The notes beneath the pieces are model-generated. The model worked only from the letters and a program-made list of their open reading frames with translations, was not told the DNA's origin and did not search any database. The position numbers and the translations under genes are program-made. Shown here one piece after another: positions 62,049 through 64,000 of a stretch of DNA of 64,000 bases (position 1 is the stretch's first letter; each line of letters starts with the position of its first letter). The stretch is taken from the NCBI GenBank assembly GCA_965153455.1, contig OZ234493.1, forward strand, positions 3,410,001 to 3,474,000. The letters are read 5' to 3'. This stretch comes from Sphagnum compactum. Its lineage: Eukaryota.

Positions 62049-64000
62049 CAATCATCAGTAGCAGCACCTCAGAACACATGAATTGCAGTACATGCTTAAG
62101 ATAGATGGTTTTCTTGTTGCCGGAAAGAAAGCTCAGGACATTGAACCCAGTAAAACCTTTGTGGGTTTTTCCGCTTGAAGGATAGATAGCAGTTACAGTA
62201 AGCAATCAAACACAAAATAGTCTTAGGAAAACATTGGGCATGTGCAACCTCCAGATCTTCCCAAACTTCTTACTTGTCATTGTTAGTGCAGTACAACTCA
62301 TTTCAATTTGTACACATATGGGTCATTTGATGTGCTCAATTCTTTTACCCACATGGGTCAGCTACCACAACCCCCAACCCCAGTAGATCATTGCCAGATA
62401 GTAAGGGTGGAGGAAGAACAGAAAAACAGAGTAGTTAACAGAACCTGGAGGCTGGAATTCACATTCAGTCACACTTTTTGTGGACCTTAGCCTGTACCTA
62501 GTGATACTTTGAATAAAGGCACTCATTCAGTCCCTTTGAGGTGCCATGCTTTTCTAAGGATTTGAGTTTGCAGGCATGAGTCCAATGCGCATGAGTCCAA
62601 CTTTGGTTGTCTGCAGCTTCAAGTAGGAGGACAGCAGCAGAGGCTCTAAGTCACATGAAGAAACAGCCATCCTGGTTCTCTAAGGTATGCATCAAGTATC
62701 CTCTTCCATGTCCTACACTGTCCCATCATGTTTGGGGCCCTCATCAATGCATACTAATCAAGAAGTCCTATCCATTGGAAAGGCTTTAACATTCATAAAG
62801 CACCAGCAGAGAATTTCTAGTGTATCTTGAGGGCACGCTATCAAGTAAAATTTTTCCTTTGTAGAAAGCGGGGCATTTCAAAAATGAGATGCCAGATCCA
62901 GCAGGCAGTTCCTGTTTCAAAATGGCCTTGTGAGCTTTTATTCATTACTTTTGCATCATACCCAGTGGATCCCAACAGGAATCACACTAAAATAATGAAA
63001 ATCTTGATTTCCTACTAATTCTTGACCCTCTGCCCTGAGGAGCCAGGGCATTACCCTACACTTAATGCTTGGGAAAGATTATTTCAGGAGTTCCTGACAT
63101 TCAAAATCTTTAAATCTGAGATGTACCAAAGTGGAAAACCATGAATGATGATGCTACTATCATGGTGCCTGCAGGCTCCTTTGTGCATAATTTCAACAAG
63201 CCACGTTGACTATTGGCATATAGGTCAGTGCCAATATCACTTGCTTGCAGGATGATGGGGGTGTTTTTAACATCTGTCAAGCGTTGACTGGGGTTTAGGT
63301 TAGGTTGCATCCTAACCCCTAAACCAGGTTGACTACTTTGGCTTCCTTCTGGATTTCATTTTTCTTTCGTCTTTCCACCATTCGTTTTTTTGTTCATCTC
63401 AATAGAATGACACAGGCTTCTGTGGTTAGGTAAAGCCTGAAGCCGCAGGCTTCACCAGAATAAGGGTTCGCATGAAGTTGATCCAAGCATGCTCCAGATT
63501 CCCATAAAACCCATGGCCAAGGGTTTCACTGTGTATGCTACTTGAACAGGTAATACCCAAAAAAAAAAAAGTTTTAAATGTGCGCAACAGTTTAGGACAG
63601 TTTCAATTCTGTTTTGCTTTCCGGAAGAATTGTTGACCACGCATGTCCTCAACGATGATGATGATAAATAGGAGACTCCACAAGCTAGTAATGATCTAAA
63701 GTACTAATTCATGAGCATTTGCTGATCAGTCTGCGGATATGATATTCATTGTAGCAATCATGACTATGTAAACAGCTTGAAGATTACACAGACAGAAACA
63801 AAGATATCGACGCTGGTTTGACAAATCTGCATCAACTTGTCAAACACGAACATGTAAGTCAAGAGTACTATAAGTCCAGGCATGATTGATGTTTCACTTG
63901 TTGCAGGTCCGTTGAGGATTCCATGTTGCGAACGGCCTGTTTTGACCTCCTCTGGAGGTTTAACTCTTTTTTGGATTTTCGGCAGTTTCCTTCTCAGAAG

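Noticed and set aside
63420-64000. Possible terminal exons of a neighbouring gene at the window edge
   Set aside because: Short open frames and splice-like sites exist on both strands; strand and product cannot be determined without the next window.

Overview
AT-rich eukaryotic nuclear DNA from a land plant. The repeat families look like a bryophyte, probably Sphagnum; that is pattern recognition, not a database result. Most of the window is decayed transposon material: an intron-containing pogo/Tc5-like transposase pseudogene, hAT transposase relics, a non-autonomous hAT element with an 8-bp TSD, CRE-type LINE 3' ends, solo LTRs, several MITE families and a mitochondrial-type tRNA-Ser relic. 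The main signal is a cluster of six paralogues (orientation + + + - - +) of a gene I do not recognise, with an intronless CDS encoding a 121-125 aa protein without a signal peptide. Each protein carries three copies of a 10-residue motif, GDG[GK][SGP]S-x-[YWI]-[KNT]-P. Between the most distant paralogues, differences in motifs 2 and 3 are only synonymous, while the leader and spacers diverge. Each copy has a TATA-like box, a long AUG-free 5' leader and conserved stress-type cis-elements, including a CTTG-N5-CAAG NAC palindrome in five of the six. This architecture suggests an undescribed multi-core peptide precursor family (phytocytokine-like or RiPP-like) under birth-and-death evolution. Function is inference only.
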